A stretch of DNA of 64,000 nucleotides from Balanoglossus misakiensis (taxonomy: Eukaryota > Animalia > Hemichordata), in NCBI GenBank assembly GCA_040954595.2, contig CM082576.2, positions 2,516,760-2,580,759 on the forward strand. Direction: 5' to 3'. Under the pieces are notes generated by a model that saw only the letters and a program-made list of their open reading frames with translations, was not told the DNA's origin and did not search any database. Positions 1-14,087 of this stretch are shown piece by piece (position 1 is the first letter of the stretch; each line of letters begins with the position of its first letter). Both the position numbers and the translations under genes were made by a program.

Positions 1-456
1 TTAACTTTGCATTCCCGGTTGGATTCAGGGAACCCTCACTCACACTTCAAAGGGAAGTTTTGTGAGGAAAATATCTTGGGGAGGGGAAATAAAATACGAT
101 AGCATATCCTGATATATAGTGACAGTGACTGATACCTTGGTTGTCACACACAAACATGAATAAATAAAGTATTTACATTCTTTAAAAAAAATGAGACGTG
201 CCGTTTTTTCGCAGAACACAAAATTAGTGTAGACGTCGTTGGTTGCTTTAAATTTTGCATAATAGAAAGGGTACCTGTACTCGTCGGGGTCACACTCTCC
301 CTTTGAATAAAATCTTCTCAGCTAACTAGATAAATATTCTTCATTGCGGACAGAAATCGCGTATCGGGATATTCGTGCACTGGGTGACACGATGTTCAAA
401 AGAAACATCTTTGTGAACTCTGTAGCTTTCTGCGTTGCAGTGTGAGCTACGTTACG

Positions 457-761
457 TTACGAGACACGGATTTCAACTGAATCGTCGCTGGCGTTATACA
501 GGGCATTTCCATCCATGGTGAAAGAGTACGTACTGGGCAGGGTGTGCGACGCCCATCGGTATCCGTTGGCCGAGTTCGACAGTGTACACTTCCTGGAGTT
601 CGGCGCAGGTTTCGAAATGTACGGCCTGTTCTCGCGCCCTTTGCGACAACAACAGCAGATGCAAAATAGGAGTGAAGTCAGGGCCACGATAACGCCGATG
701 AGAAAGACGACGGCAACAGCCACGCTCAGATTTCCAAATGTGTAGGTGGAAGTGTTGACGC
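457..761 (-). CDS. LDLa membrane protein, terminal coding exon (TM helix, Cys cluster, cytoplasmic tail)
   Basis: Acceptor ctttactccactag|GC at 762/761. Reads (G)VNTSTYTFGNLSVAVAVVFLIGVIVALTSLLFCICCCCRKGRENRPY...VEIRVS*. Confidence 0.8.
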
Positions 762-2482
762 CTAGTGGAGTAAAGAGTACATGTAGATTAGATTTTCTTT
801 GGTACCAACTATATCATAATCTTGCGAATGTTCGTAGTTCGTGCAAAATGAAATCAAAATAGGTCGAATAATCATTATCATTCAAGGTAAGTAAATTACC
901 AGGGCCACGAAGCGAAGAGTAAATTGCCGGAAGGCCGTCTTGGACCTCCGCTAAGTGGTGTTAATTAACGGTTGTCCAGGTAGGCGTTCCCTTCTGACAT
1001 GCTACATCCTTCAAATGGTGTAAATTCCACAAGTAAAATTGGCCAATGTTGAGCAAATGCGCAAAATGTTCATTTCATGATATTTACTATTCTGAAAATC
1101 ATGACGTGCGATTACCACATGTCATCGTGTCACCATGTACGTTATTATTCCGCCGAGAATTGACAATAAAGGTGGTTGACCAGCCACGAGACCATGACGT
1201 CACAAATCAATCAAGACACTGTCGGAAGACGTCTGGCACGCACGCATGATCAGCCGTGATTGGACAGACAAAAAATTTAAAATTGGTTAATTTCCTTTTC
1301 AGCGTTAATGAAAACACTGCCGAGATAAATTGAACGTTTCATTACATTAACAGTATCTGTTAATCAACCTCGAAAATCTCATTTCATCTTGATCGATATC
1401 AAATATTTGACTTTCCAGAAGACTTCAAAATACAATGTTGTACGAGTATTTAAAGTTGCGGAGGGATCTAAGATCAAACTCAAACACATTTGTGGCTTAT
1501 GATTTCTTGAGCAAAACACGTAGCTAGTGGAAGGTATTGCTTTTCTAACCAATCAAAGTGATTTATATTTGATCAATTTATTTTAATGTTTTAATGGATT
1601 ATTACGATTTTCTGGTCGACTGTCAGAACATTATGTAATCGGATTCTGATTGCTTCGTCGACCGGCAGGGTGCAAATTGTAATCAGTCGACAGGGATTTG
1701 GCGTAATTCAAAATGCCTAGATTAAGATTAATGACATCACGAGATCGCAATATTGAGTGACCGTGTAATAACCAATGGAACACGACATTTTTCATACTTG
1801 TCGCTTGTCTGTTGGTATTATTGGCTTACGCGTGTGTTCTTATTTATCATCCGATTGGATTAGTACATGTAATATGAATTGTTTCTGCATATTGGGCAAG
1901 AGTCACATATTGATGGGTTACAAGTTCTTACATGAGTTAGCGTACATGATTATTCATTACAAACTTAGGCGATGCAGTGGTTCATTGGCCAACAGCTGTC
2001 TTCACAATATGGCGGCTACTCACCCCCATGATCACATCCGTCATAGTATTCATCCCTTCCATCAGTACAATCTTTTACACCGTCACAACGACGGACAGCA
2101 ACCAGTGTATTAACACATGTATCTGTTGGTGGCAGAGGAAGAAATATGTGTCAGCAAAGTACAGAGACGTACTATCCAGTTTTCGAGAACGTTGCCGAGT
2201 AAGTGTGCGTGTTAGAAGTTAGAAGTGGGACACAACATGGCGCGGTTTAGCCAGACTTCTAAAAGAGCAACAGAAACTTCATAACTAAAGAAAATCGGTA
2301 AGAAATAACGTCTGAAATGTTCTGATCTTCTGCACCAGAGAGGAACAATACATTACCTCCGTAGCACGTTTCGAACAGCTCATCCTGACCTCTATCGCAG
2401 TCGGGAGTTCCATCGCATCGCAAATCCCAGTGTATGCATCCTTCCTCGCCGTTGATAAAACATTTGTAACACAGTTTCGGCG
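457..2482 (-). CDS. LDL-receptor class A domain single-pass membrane protein (LDLRAD/CD320-like architecture), 3' coding exons; 5' end unresolved
   Basis: Three exons joined by phase-1 GT-AG introns: 2357-2482, 2024-2122 and 457-761. They give two LDLa-like modules (CDGxxDCxxGxDExxxxC), then a hydrophobic TM segment, CICCCCRK and a short cytoplasmic tail ending in TAA at 457-459. Confidence 0.8.
2024..2122 (-). CDS. LDLa-like exon (second module), not in the supplied ORF track
   Basis: Acceptor ttcttcctctgccaccaacag|, donor G|gtgagt, 99 bp, phase 1-1. Reads DTCVNTLVAVRRCDGVKDCTDGRDEYYDGCDHG. Confidence 0.8.
2357..2482 (-). CDS. LDLa exon (first recognisable module)
   Basis: Acceptor tcttctctacag|, donor G|gtaatg, 126 bp, phase 1-1. 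Reads PKLCYKCFINGEEGCIHWDLRCDGTPDCDRGQDELFETCYG, a six-Cys LDLa pattern. Confidence 0.85.
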
Positions 2483-5400
2483 CTGTAGAGAAGACAGGCA
2501 AAACAAGAAGTGATACACGGTTAGAGACCGACAGTCTGTCGTTATTATACTCTGGGTTGAAAGGGTACACTGTCGTCATCTCTTCGGAGATCTGTTTGAG
2601 TATAGCGTATGTTCGCTTCCCCCTAAAAAATACAGAAAGTTACGAAGGACGATGTATGCTAATAGGCTTTGTCATTTGCATGTTAAAAAACGGTCATTTA
2701 AATGCAGACTCGAGTCATGCACCTGTAGACTCGGATGTTCCCACATTGGTCTCGTCTGTCCTTTCGTCCAAATACGTCACACACCCATCAATCCTGCCAT
2801 CATGTACGGAGCCACACATTGTGAATAAACTGCATGACCGACCGACCTAGTACCTGGGTCATGTTTGCGTTCTATATTCGTGGAAATAAATACGACCGTT
2901 AATGGTGTCTCGGATCCAGACAGTCTGGCAGGCACGCAGGATTTAGATAAAGGTTAGATACACGAACATAGCAGCATTTTAGAAGATAATGCTTCATTGA
3001 AAGCACTTGCCACATAATTACTTACAAAGCCTAGGGATCTCTCTTGAAGGGAAGCTGAGGCTGAAACGCGTTGTCTCCATGGCAATCGGGTGTTTAAGCG
3101 TGCATCACTTTTGTTGATATTTTACTACTATTTCATAAAATCTGCGATTGAGATGACAATCGATGAGGATTTCTCCCCGACTTCAATTTTAAGTAATTTA
3201 TAAGTTTAAAGTATAGCGCTTATTATAGTTCTCTCACTGGGTGAGTAGCACTTTAAATGGCGATTTTGGCAAAAAAGGGAAAGTAAGCTTGTCTCGCACT
3301 GGAATGAGACATTGAATCGAGCTGTCATATTTACCCGGCAGCCTCGAACTGGTATTGTTACACTTGATCATGTGTTATGTAATGCGCAAAGCGGATCTTT
3401 CACCAAATCTTGTTTCCATAGCAACCTTTACAGTTCCAAATTAAGAAAAAATACTCCACACGATATTTCTAGTGAATACTACCTAGATTTTCTTTTCAGG
3501 GTTACTACACAGCGCAGACCTCAATTACTCAGTCATTCAGTGTATCATTCAGATTGTTCGATTAGCACAGGAAGTTCTGCTTTAGAAGACTTAATGGTAT
3601 ACACCAGATCAACGCCATCTTACATTGTGAGTGCAGTGCATTACGGTCCTACAAACGCTTTTAACAAATGTTTTAGTGGTATCACTCGTATCAAAATGAA
3701 TTCACTTCCTGACTCTCGTGAACGGTGAGTAACCAAGCGACGGGAGAATTTACAGGTCGATTTTGCAACAGGCATGTCTTCAACGGAGGAAGGTTACAAT
3801 TAGGCGATAATTTGCTGCTGTTTTTCCCTCATTAACGCGATACCCCATGGGAGTATAGTTTAGCAAACCAGAGGCGCATATTTGTTGATGTAGATGCCAG
3901 AAAACGGTTTCTACACACACAGGTTGATCTGGAATCACCATGTCACGCAAGTAGCAATATGGCATTCGCTCAGCTTGTAGAGGGCATATGGATTCCAATG
4001 TGTGTTGTGTTACAAACACACATTGGAAATTTGTCCACGTAGCAAATCAGAAAATTCTGCTGCACACCAATTTCTCCAATTCCGCTTATACACGATAATG
4101 CGTGACAAGTCCAAATGAGAATGTTGTGGCACATAATGACAAAGCTTTATCAAAGTGTATATTTGCAATGGAATACACGATTAGTGTGTTTACAGGAGAG
4201 AGGCAGAATAAAATAACCATCTTTTTTTGTTCGTTAATTTCTTTTGGCTTTGTGGCTTGTGCGCTTTTTTCGTAAATAGGAACTTTTCGCAAAAAAAACC
4301 CAGCTAGGACATGCGCCACTTCAATTAGTAAGTAGTACTTCACAAGAAATCAAATTAAGCGCCCTTACTCGTTGGTATGGAGTTTGACTTCACTTCAATT
4401 GCTAAGGCGCATGACAGTGCATGATTGTTTTTCCCGTATCGCATAATGTAACTCTTTTTTCTTTGCTCGTGCAGATACATGAATTTTACTGCCACTTTTG
4501 CGTGATTGGCAATTCTGGAACCAATGCATGTGTGACAGAGCTGATATTGGGGGCATCCACATCGATCACGACAAACGCGATCCAGGCGACATGACTTGAT
4601 TAACTCTGCCTCTAAATCCGCGTTTCCGCTCGGTCCAATTATGGCGGGCAATCAAATCAAATCTTTGAAAGTGAACTTATGAATAGACAAACAAAGTGGG
4701 TGTAAGATTTGAAGGGATCTGAGGCATGCTACTCTCAGTAGCACGAATTTTTAGTCTGTAATCATATTCTACATAATAAGTTTTAAATTGGACTTAAATT
4801 CAATAACAGAGAAACAAGAACATCTAAAAGTATTCTCCATGTAAATTAGGCAACACCTGCGATTTTGCATTGTGCTAAATTTGATTTATGTACCATATGT
4901 ATGCAGATATTTAAAAAAAAGAGTGCTAATTTAATAGTGAAACTAACAATTATCATCGTTTAAGAATTCTGGTGCCGTGTCGTTTCATACTAATCTGAGA
5001 GTAATTTCTGATGATGTAATAATACATCATCTCTTAATTAGCAGAGTTCATTCACCACTGCGCAGCAAACGAGTGGGTTTGATGGGGGGAGACTGTGAAG
5101 TTTTAATCCTCTGCTTCGTTGGCAGAAGAGTTGAAGAGAAAAAGGGTAATTCTCCTAACGTTGTGTACGCCCTTCGGGGCTAGATTAGTCATTTTGATTT
5201 TGTACAATTCCATCAATGGTTCGTGATGCTGATCGTTCTCACTGAGTTATTTTCCGGCCGCAAACGTGACATCTGTTGGGGGAGTATACAGTCTGCCTTT
5301 TGAGGCCTTTTGTAACGCCGAACTCTAATAAGTATGGAAATACACGGACGCTCCAAGGAATATACGGACACAAGGAGCAATTTAGTCTCCATCGAATTTC

Positions 5401-8400
5401 CTGTCTTTACATGTAAACAACTCGAAATGTATAGCATGACGGCTGCAATGGGTTGAAATATTACACAGCTTTATGCAGGCGTCTTTTGGGTTCGTAATGA
5501 CCGGACGCGCATCGCCATTAACGCGTGCACGCACAGCAACGCTGTATTGTCTATATTTGCGTATAAATATTAGGAAATTGCATCTTGGGTGCAAAGAGAT
5601 TTCACATTAATAATCCGAATTTCTACGTTAACAGCCAAATATCATTCTCGTGATGGTGACGTACACAGAGGAACATACAATCTAAGTATTTATGGGAATG
5701 CAAGAAAACATACAGTTGAATGAACAGAAACGGGTGATAAAAAGCTGCACACATCACGGATTCATAAAATATGATTTCGTTCCATCTCTCACAACCATTA
5801 CTGGAGCAATTTCATTAAATACACAGTAGCTGTATGCTAGGACTCCCTGTCACGTACGTAGCCACAGTTTACAGTCAAGTATTACTTATAACTGATCATT
5901 TATTTAAAGAGACACATCGTATATTTCGATTTGTTTGGCGGTATTCTCAAAAAGGGTCGATTAGGCGCCTTTTCCGTTAAAAATATTACTTTTCAAGATG
6001 TTGTTTCCACTTGGTCAAAAGTGAAGTGAATCGTGATTCGAAAAACCTGATGAAGATATGACCGTCGGCTGTTTAGATAACGTTGACGTTTGCAGAATTG
6101 CTAAACGGAATTTGAGAATCCATCGGGGATATTTATAGCGCTTGAAGGATAAATGTGCCTTTGATATTTGCAAGTTCAACTTGGGAGTAATTTGTTACTG
6201 AGAATACTGCGCCCTGGGGTTTCCATTCTTCGCAATGAGAGATGGAAACGTGACAACCGCTTGATTGCACGTGTATTTATCTGAGAACTTGAACGAGTCT
6301 CCTGTCCTCCTTGATTAACAAGTCCAACTATAGCGTAATCTGAAAATGCATTTCAAGAAGAAATGACAGATATCCAGTACTCATAACGCTTTGAATCAAA
6401 ATTATCTACAGTAAATTTGTCATGGGACAACAACATAAAATAGGTGATTCATTTAATTTCTTTTGACCGGGCGATCTGTTCAGCGGGTATTTGAGCGAGA
6501 CGTTTTACAACTGACGTTACGTGGTACTATTAACATCAATTTGCGGTCACACACACAGTTTGACGCCTCCATTACACAAGACGGTTTCATTTCTTGAATT
6601 TCAATTTACTGAGATCGTGTCGTCGGTCAGCTCATTTTGCCAACTGGATTTCTCGATTTAAACATTGGAGAATGCAGGCTATTAATTTAACGGAAATCAA
6701 TCAGGGAATTTTAATGTCAGGACTTTGACGACAAATTTCCGATCACTGCGCCTGAAGAGATCGCGTTTCCGAAGTTGATAGATTTTGACTTACAATGCAA
6801 TCAAATAGGCCATAAATTGCTTTTGTGGTACATCAATAATTGATGTTGGTAGAGTGGGTATTCAAAGGGGTTGACGGAAGATCCTATCTAGAACAGATAC
6901 TGTTCCTGCAACATTGGGCGCTGAATCAATTGGCTATGTATAACAAGCATATTTCATCATGAATTATCATCTGATGACAAAGATATGCGAAACTGCAGTG
7001 GATACATAGAACAGAACAAGTGGGAAAATAGCCAAAGTAACAGCCAGTTAAGTTTCCAGCCGTATGTTGTCTGTCTTTTTTTTATTTTTACCCTGTGGTC
7101 CCATTTAAAAATATTTAGCCAACCCAGTGCAGATAGGACAGCTGACCTGTACCCGATGGCATGCACTTGGGCCTATGCTAGATAACACGGATGTCGCACT
7201 AGTACACGACCTTTTTGTGACACTGTGAATGGCGGCCATATTTCAACAGGAAAACATTCGCATGCCAAGGGCCAAGATTCATTAATCTCTTATCATTTGC
7301 TGAGCTGACGGCTTCACTTGTTCTGTTGACCTCTCTGAATCTCAGGCTATTTCCTTCTCATTTATTTATACCTTGAGGGCATTTGGAAAAATCGCGATCA
7401 TCTCAAAGTAACCGAAAACTCTCATGCATCGTCTTCGATAATTGGCGACTGTAATCAGCTCGGAGCGTTTGCAATATTCTGTCATTTAAATTCAAGGCTA
7501 ATTCAGCCAAATCCAATTATTATTACACAATTCTTTATTTGATTGTTATTAACTTAGAGAGCTAAAGAATGGGTGAATATTATTTGCATATTATGAATGT
7601 CTTCATCAACACGTTACATGGACACATTTCATGAATGTACTGGTATAAAGTAAGTTAAAGGGGCATATGTTATGCAGATTTGACTCTTTGCTTGGCTTTT
7701 GTTTCCAATTAAAAGTACCATTCACATAAATTGGTATATGTATGCATATGTTATTTTATATACATGTACATATGAAAGACAGTCAGAGGAATAGGCAAGG
7801 AACCAAAGACAAGCTGATAAAAGGTTTATGCCGCTTATTCTATTGAGGTTTTAAACGTGCTGTCGGAGATGATAAACTTATTGGCGCCAGCACGTTGTAC
7901 AAACCATCAACAGGGTCGTAAACGTCCGCTTCAGGATCAAATAATCGTGACTGCGAACCCAATATTACACAACGATTCACTGGAATGAGAATTTCAGCGA
8001 TGCAACGAGTTTATTCACCTTTTTACGGGGAGCGTAATATTGAAAGACGTTGCATGTGTGCAAAACATGATATTGGCGGGTGCATGTGAGCTCTTGGTTA
8101 TAAAGAAGGGAAGGTACACTAAACATAAGATTGCTGTGCCTAATGTCGGTGACATTTTCATTATCGCAACTCGAAGATTCATTTGATCAAAGCGTGGATA
8201 GGGTGACAAGCTATCAGTCTAAACACAGACAGTATAGTCAGGACAGTACGATCAAATACGTGGGGGTACGGTACGACACTTGAGCCTTTGAACGACATTT
8301 CCTTTGAATAGCTGATCAAAATATAATAATACATAAAAATCGTTTTAGAAGAACAAATTTGAGAAGGTAATTGTATGATATTATTTTAAGGGGAGTAGGC

Positions 8401-11400
8401 CTTAAGTGCCTGGGATGATGTTTTGCTTTTATGTACTTAAATTGCCCTGCACAATTGTGTTTCATGAGGCTAAATCGGGTTAACTTTTTACCGCCAACCA
8501 CCAATCCCTTCAATGGGAAAACAATATTTAGAAGTGAAACATCTAAACACAAGAAAGCAATACACATCCCTAATAACTTTAAGAGTCTTATAGTTTCTTT
8601 GCCTGCAACAATAATGTTCTGAAGATATCGTCATCATTTAGTCTATATTATGTGTTTGCCTTACATGTCGGATGCATAACCCCGAGAACGATATTGTTAC
8701 ACCGCAAATGGACACATATGTTTTCGAGATATAGCTGTCGCTGGGTACGATTACAAATATATCATGTGCATCGTTGGAAGTAATCCCCACTTGGCGCACG
8801 TGTGCACGATACCCTGTTTATGTACTGCTTCATAAGCCATATCGATGGAATCGCATTTCGAGGATACCATTACCTCCTTTTCAAAGTCTTTCTCTCCGAC
8901 GTGTCTTTTTGTGTCCCTATTTCTTGCAAAGAATACTCGTTCACGAACGCTGAAACGTGTTAGAGATGTTTTGCCTGTCGATGAATAACTACATTTACAT
9001 ATTTTGATGTTTACACAAACAAGCCTCTCTGTGCCACCCACTTGCCATGAAGTGCAATACAAGTGTATGGCCGTGACACTCTGCATGTGGTGGTTGTTCA
9101 TTCATTCCTCGAAACATGCACCCCAGGACAAACTGACGCCGACGTTAACCGTATTTAGCGTTTGCGATACATAAACTGACAACATGAACTTGCATATTTA
9201 AAACGGGCATTTATCTTGTAATTCTCACCCTATATATTGTTATGTTGTGTGGTAATCATAATCATCCTACTGCAGATGTCTTTGCGTTTCAATGTTTTAA
9301 TGTTGCAAATACATTTATTATAAACTCCAGTAAACTGCAATGGAATGAAATTGTCCTCTTGACATTTGAATGCCACCTATGATAAACAAGGATTGAAATA
9401 TAAAATTCATGTAAAATTTAGAAAATATCAAGAGATGGCAAACTGGCCACAAAATACACGCTTTAATTCTCCGCAGGACAAATCATAGTATTAATGGTGA
9501 AAGTACCACTTTTATAGACGCAAATATTCGCAGACTTTATTGCAGCTCGTCTTTCTGTTAATAAACCTTTATTTTACGACTTGTATGGCATTTCACAGTC
9601 AGTGACCCTTGCAGACACTGCCATTTATCTATGAATCACAACTACTGCAATGGCGTTGCCGGCTAAGATTTCTAATTTTATATAAGCTTTCCCCATTCAA
9701 GCAAATTCAGTTCTATTCATTCGCTATACTGTGAACATATTATTTTATCTTCCTTGCATTCAGGATTCTCAATCGTTGTTTGGCATCTGTTTGATTTCTG
9801 TGCGCCTGTAGTCTGTTCTGCTGCAATGCAAAACAGCTTGCTGATATATGCATCGAATTTATTTCGCTTTTTTAAACCAAAACTGTACAAATCGCAGATG
9901 AAGGAAGAGAACTTTGCGAGGGGCCACCCACCCACAAAAGTTGTTAGGCCTATATAGTTTTTTAAAACAATTTTCCATGTCATAAGACATTCGCGTTGTT
10001 TTCGTGCATTTTAAGAGAACGCATGCGCACGTGTGACAGAGGCACGGTTGGTAAACATAGCAACTGTACTGTGTACTTTAAAAGACGCGCAATCACAATC
10101 GCGTATATCGGTCACAGCAGTTATGGTTTGACGGTTCATTACCGAAAAGATAGATAGCTGTATCTGAAGGCCTTGCTCAAAAAATCGATACTCTGCGGTT
10201 ATTATTAGAGCGTTCTCTTCTGGATGAAAACATTGCTGCTTTGATCCCTGCTTACATCCTATCTTTCTCCTTTGATAAAACGAATTTTCCCTTTAAACAG
10301 TTTTTGCACAACAAAGCTGTCATGTGAATGTACGTCATTACGATTGATGGAGCAAGATAGCGATATCACACATATGTATTCAGAAAAACACCGCGAAAAT
10401 GTACTCTGAAATGTAAATGACCATGTTCTAGCATGTCCACTGTCTATCGATGGCAAGTTCCCGGATTCTCCACCAGTTCGTAACTGCCTAACATCATCAT
10501 CATACGCACTGGGCTACTTATTCGTGCCAGTCTCAACGTTTACAAGTTCGCATGAGCACATATTTTCTAGTGATTCAACCGCATAACAGTCTTCAACGTT
10601 CATGAGAAGAGACATTTTGCGAAAACGGAAAAAGTCTTCTAAATTACCATAGCTACATAAATTGGAAATATTTCAAATCAGCTTGTGGAGTTTCACATAC
10701 GGAGTTGGGCTTAACCCAATGCGGTACGCAATATGGAGCGTATTGCATATCAATTTTATATGTACACATCGATATTTATACCCATCGCATATTTCGCCAC
10801 ATGCGATCGATTGCCACGAGGTCTTGAAAAGCTAAAAAAGGGCGCATACGGTGATGACAAAGGGTAGGTATGTTTTGCGGCTAAGACTTGACAGGTCACG
10901 TCAGTTTGAGGACACCCGCCCCTATACCATAATTTCTAAAAAAAGTAATGTTGGTCAGTTTCTTCAGTTCAATTCCTTCACTGACCTCAACTACACCGGG
11001 TGTCCAGACAAATAAAACCCCGTAACTATGCAGAATTAACTGCAGGTACAAAAGTAAACAACTGCGCAGTCATGCGAATAATTTTTAGCGCTGGTCGGCA
11101 CGTAAACAATCGCTACAGGTTACGGACCGTTAACTGGCGTGGCACCTACGAAGAGTCGACCTCCCTGAACATAATGCCCAGTTGTGTCTGAACTGCTATC
11201 AAGAGAACGACCCGAGCGCTTATAGTCTTACGACACTGTTATTTATGCGTCAGGGTCGCCAGTGATAAAAATGTATAGGATAGATTTTTTAATGAAACCA
11301 TGGAGTTGACCTCACAACTGTATGTTCCGTGTTGCGCATAGACTACCATTATATAGTCTCACAGAAAACTATGCGGTGTAGCTTTCGACGTGTTTACATT

Positions 11401-13392
11401 CTTCGAAAGTATAAACTTTCCAAATTCTAAACAAAATGCCAACTCTGATACAAACCTTCTCGTTCGGATTCCTGAGTTTCCTCCTGCGATTCCGTCATGG
11501 TGCACGAAAGTAACACGGCCAGGAAAATAGCCGTGTGTTTACAAATCGTCAAAACCGTCGGACTTCTCATGTATAGTTACTGCATGTGGCGTTGTAAAAT
11601 GCAAACCGTTCCTGTGGACGTCCAGTTCAGCTATTCCGTGAATTATTCATTCCAAACGACTGACAGAAGGCTTGTCGTCCATTTCCAACCTTCAACTGTG
11701 CAAATGTGACAGAGATAGGTACAAGCCACTAGAAGTTCAAATCGCACACACTACATTGTGCGGTACGAAGGAAATTCACATGACACGCGGAGATTCTATT
11801 CTACCACGGACTGCAAACGTCGAGTTCAGATTCTGAAAAATCTTCAAAGTTGTGGTGTAAATACGTCGACTAAATAGTGCGCCTGGTCCGTTACAGTTTA
11901 CGTCCGATTACGTGTAACTGGGTCCTGCTGAGTTGGAAGTGTTTTCACGCGCTGAGCCAACATGCATCGTGTCAATTCACTGAGGACGAGTCGATTCGTA
12001 CCCACAAGTAATCCTGAATGATTCAATACCCCTCAACCCCGTGATATTTTAACTCTCACTGGTGACCGTGCGTGACTCGCTTTATATGACAACCCACAGT
12101 CCCTCCAACTAAATAAAAGTGAGAACGCTTTCACAATTATTGGCAGAATAAAACATGTATTTGAATTGAAAAGGTAAGTTTCTCAACTTGATAATTAGAT
12201 GATCTCTAAAGCAAACTATATTCTGTGCTAGGAAACGGGAAAAGGCGCGTTGCGTGTAACCGCTCGCGCGCATCGATTAATACTGGGTTGCATTCCTACG
12301 AATTAGTCGCTTCACATGTCAGCAACGGGGGTTCGTAATTCATACGCTGACGATGTGTAGTATTTTGCCTGGTCCCCTAGGTTTCGCAGAGCTATTCACA
12401 TGATAATGCTGCAACTATAGTTTGCACTGTACCAATTCATAACTGTACCAAAATAGCTGAAACTAGGGCAGGTGTTTTCATCGGAAAGTTAGAGTTAGGG
12501 TCCGATCTATAAATTTGACAGTGTTTTCCAGTGTTGAGTTCCGTGTATAAATTACTGGCTCTTCTCATCATAAGCTTTATGTGCTAAAGTACCCATTACT
12601 ATATGAGGGAGTCGTCATGTTCTTCAGCCGGTGGGGGGGGGGGGGTCCGGTCGCTTTGCTCTGGTGCATGTCAAAAAGTCGATGACCCTCTCCGACAAAT
12701 TTCAAAAACACAGACACGTCCCTCAGAGTTCTAATAATCGCAATTAGAACTTCATTAACATAAAACCTTGACTAATATTAATTATTATTATGGTGAATGT
12801 ACACATACGGGTTGTGTTGATAATACTGTTCATTTCATCGTGCTTTATGGAGACTGATGAGAAACAGCAGTTGGTACACAGGCCAAAACGGAGAAAAACA
12901 CCTATGAGTTACTGCCATTGCCCAATGAAGCCTTACAGAACAGCCGAATTGAAGCGAATCTGTACAATGGCCCTGTAAATAATAACTATTTTCCAGGTCT
13001 GCTAAATGTGCCCAGACTCAGATGCTATATTTCATTATGGTTTCATTATGGCTGACTTGGAAACGAGACTATAAATCAGGAATTATCGCAGTGGAAACAA
13101 ATTGAATTTGCCAATTTTCCAGTGGATTCGTGGTTTTTTTTTTGTCTTTTTGTATTTGCACATTGCCGCCACAATGCTCATTGCACGCGATTAGATTAGT
13201 TTAACGCAAATAACAAATTATACTAAAATATGATTTTAAGGCCCACTTTCACTTTGTTTCTCTGCTGAAGCGATTATTCAACTTGTGATTTTATTTCCGA
13301 ATATATCCGCCAATTTCCGAGGTTTGCTTCAAGGCGTGGCAGAAATCATCGATTCTATTGGCGACCGATGCTAGCCTGTAAGATTTGTTTGG

Positions 13393-14087
13393 AGACTAAA
13401 TGAGTTTGCTATTCCCAGAAAGATGTGCGCCTATTATTATTTATATGACGCGATATGTAAATTCTCAAAAATGCCGATTTTTAATTATCAGATTCAAATT
13501 AATTATCAGATTTCTATGACCGAAAATTTACTTACTTGGCAACCACATACACGTATTTAATTATTAGACAAAATGAGTTTGCTATTCCCAGAAAGATGTG
13601 CGCCTATTACTATTTATATGACGCGATATGTAAATTCTCAAAAATGCCGATTTTTAATTATGAGATTCAAATTAATTATCAGATTTCTATGACCGAAAAT
13701 TTACTTACTTGGCAACCACATACACGTATTTAATTATTAGACAAAATGAGTTTGCTATTCCCAGAAAGATGTGCGCCTATTACTATTTATATGACGCGAT
13801 ATGTAAATTCTCAAAAATGCCGATTTTTAATTATGAGATTCAAATTAATTATCAGATTTCTATGACCGAAAATTTACTTACTTGGCAACCACATACACGT
13901 ATTTAATTATTAGACAAAATGAGTTTGCTATTCCCAGAAAGATGTGCGCCTATTACTATTTATATGACGCGATATGTAAATTCTCAAAAATGCCGATTTT
14001 TAATTATGAGATTCAAATTAATTATCAGATTTCTATGACCGAAAATTTACTTACTTGGCAACCACATACACGTATTTAATTATTAGA
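13393..14087. repeat. Tandem array of 4 x 173-bp units (satellite-like)
   Basis: The motif aaatgagtttgctattcccagaaagatg recurs at 13398, 13571, 13744 and 13917. Copies 2-4 look identical; copy 1 differs at about 2 internal sites. Confidence 0.97.

Noticed and set aside
13536-14079. Three identical 65-aa ORFs, and a possible CRISPR-like array
   Set aside because: The ORFs are a by-product of the 173-bp tandem repeat. The units are contiguous with no unique spacers, and the context is eukaryotic.
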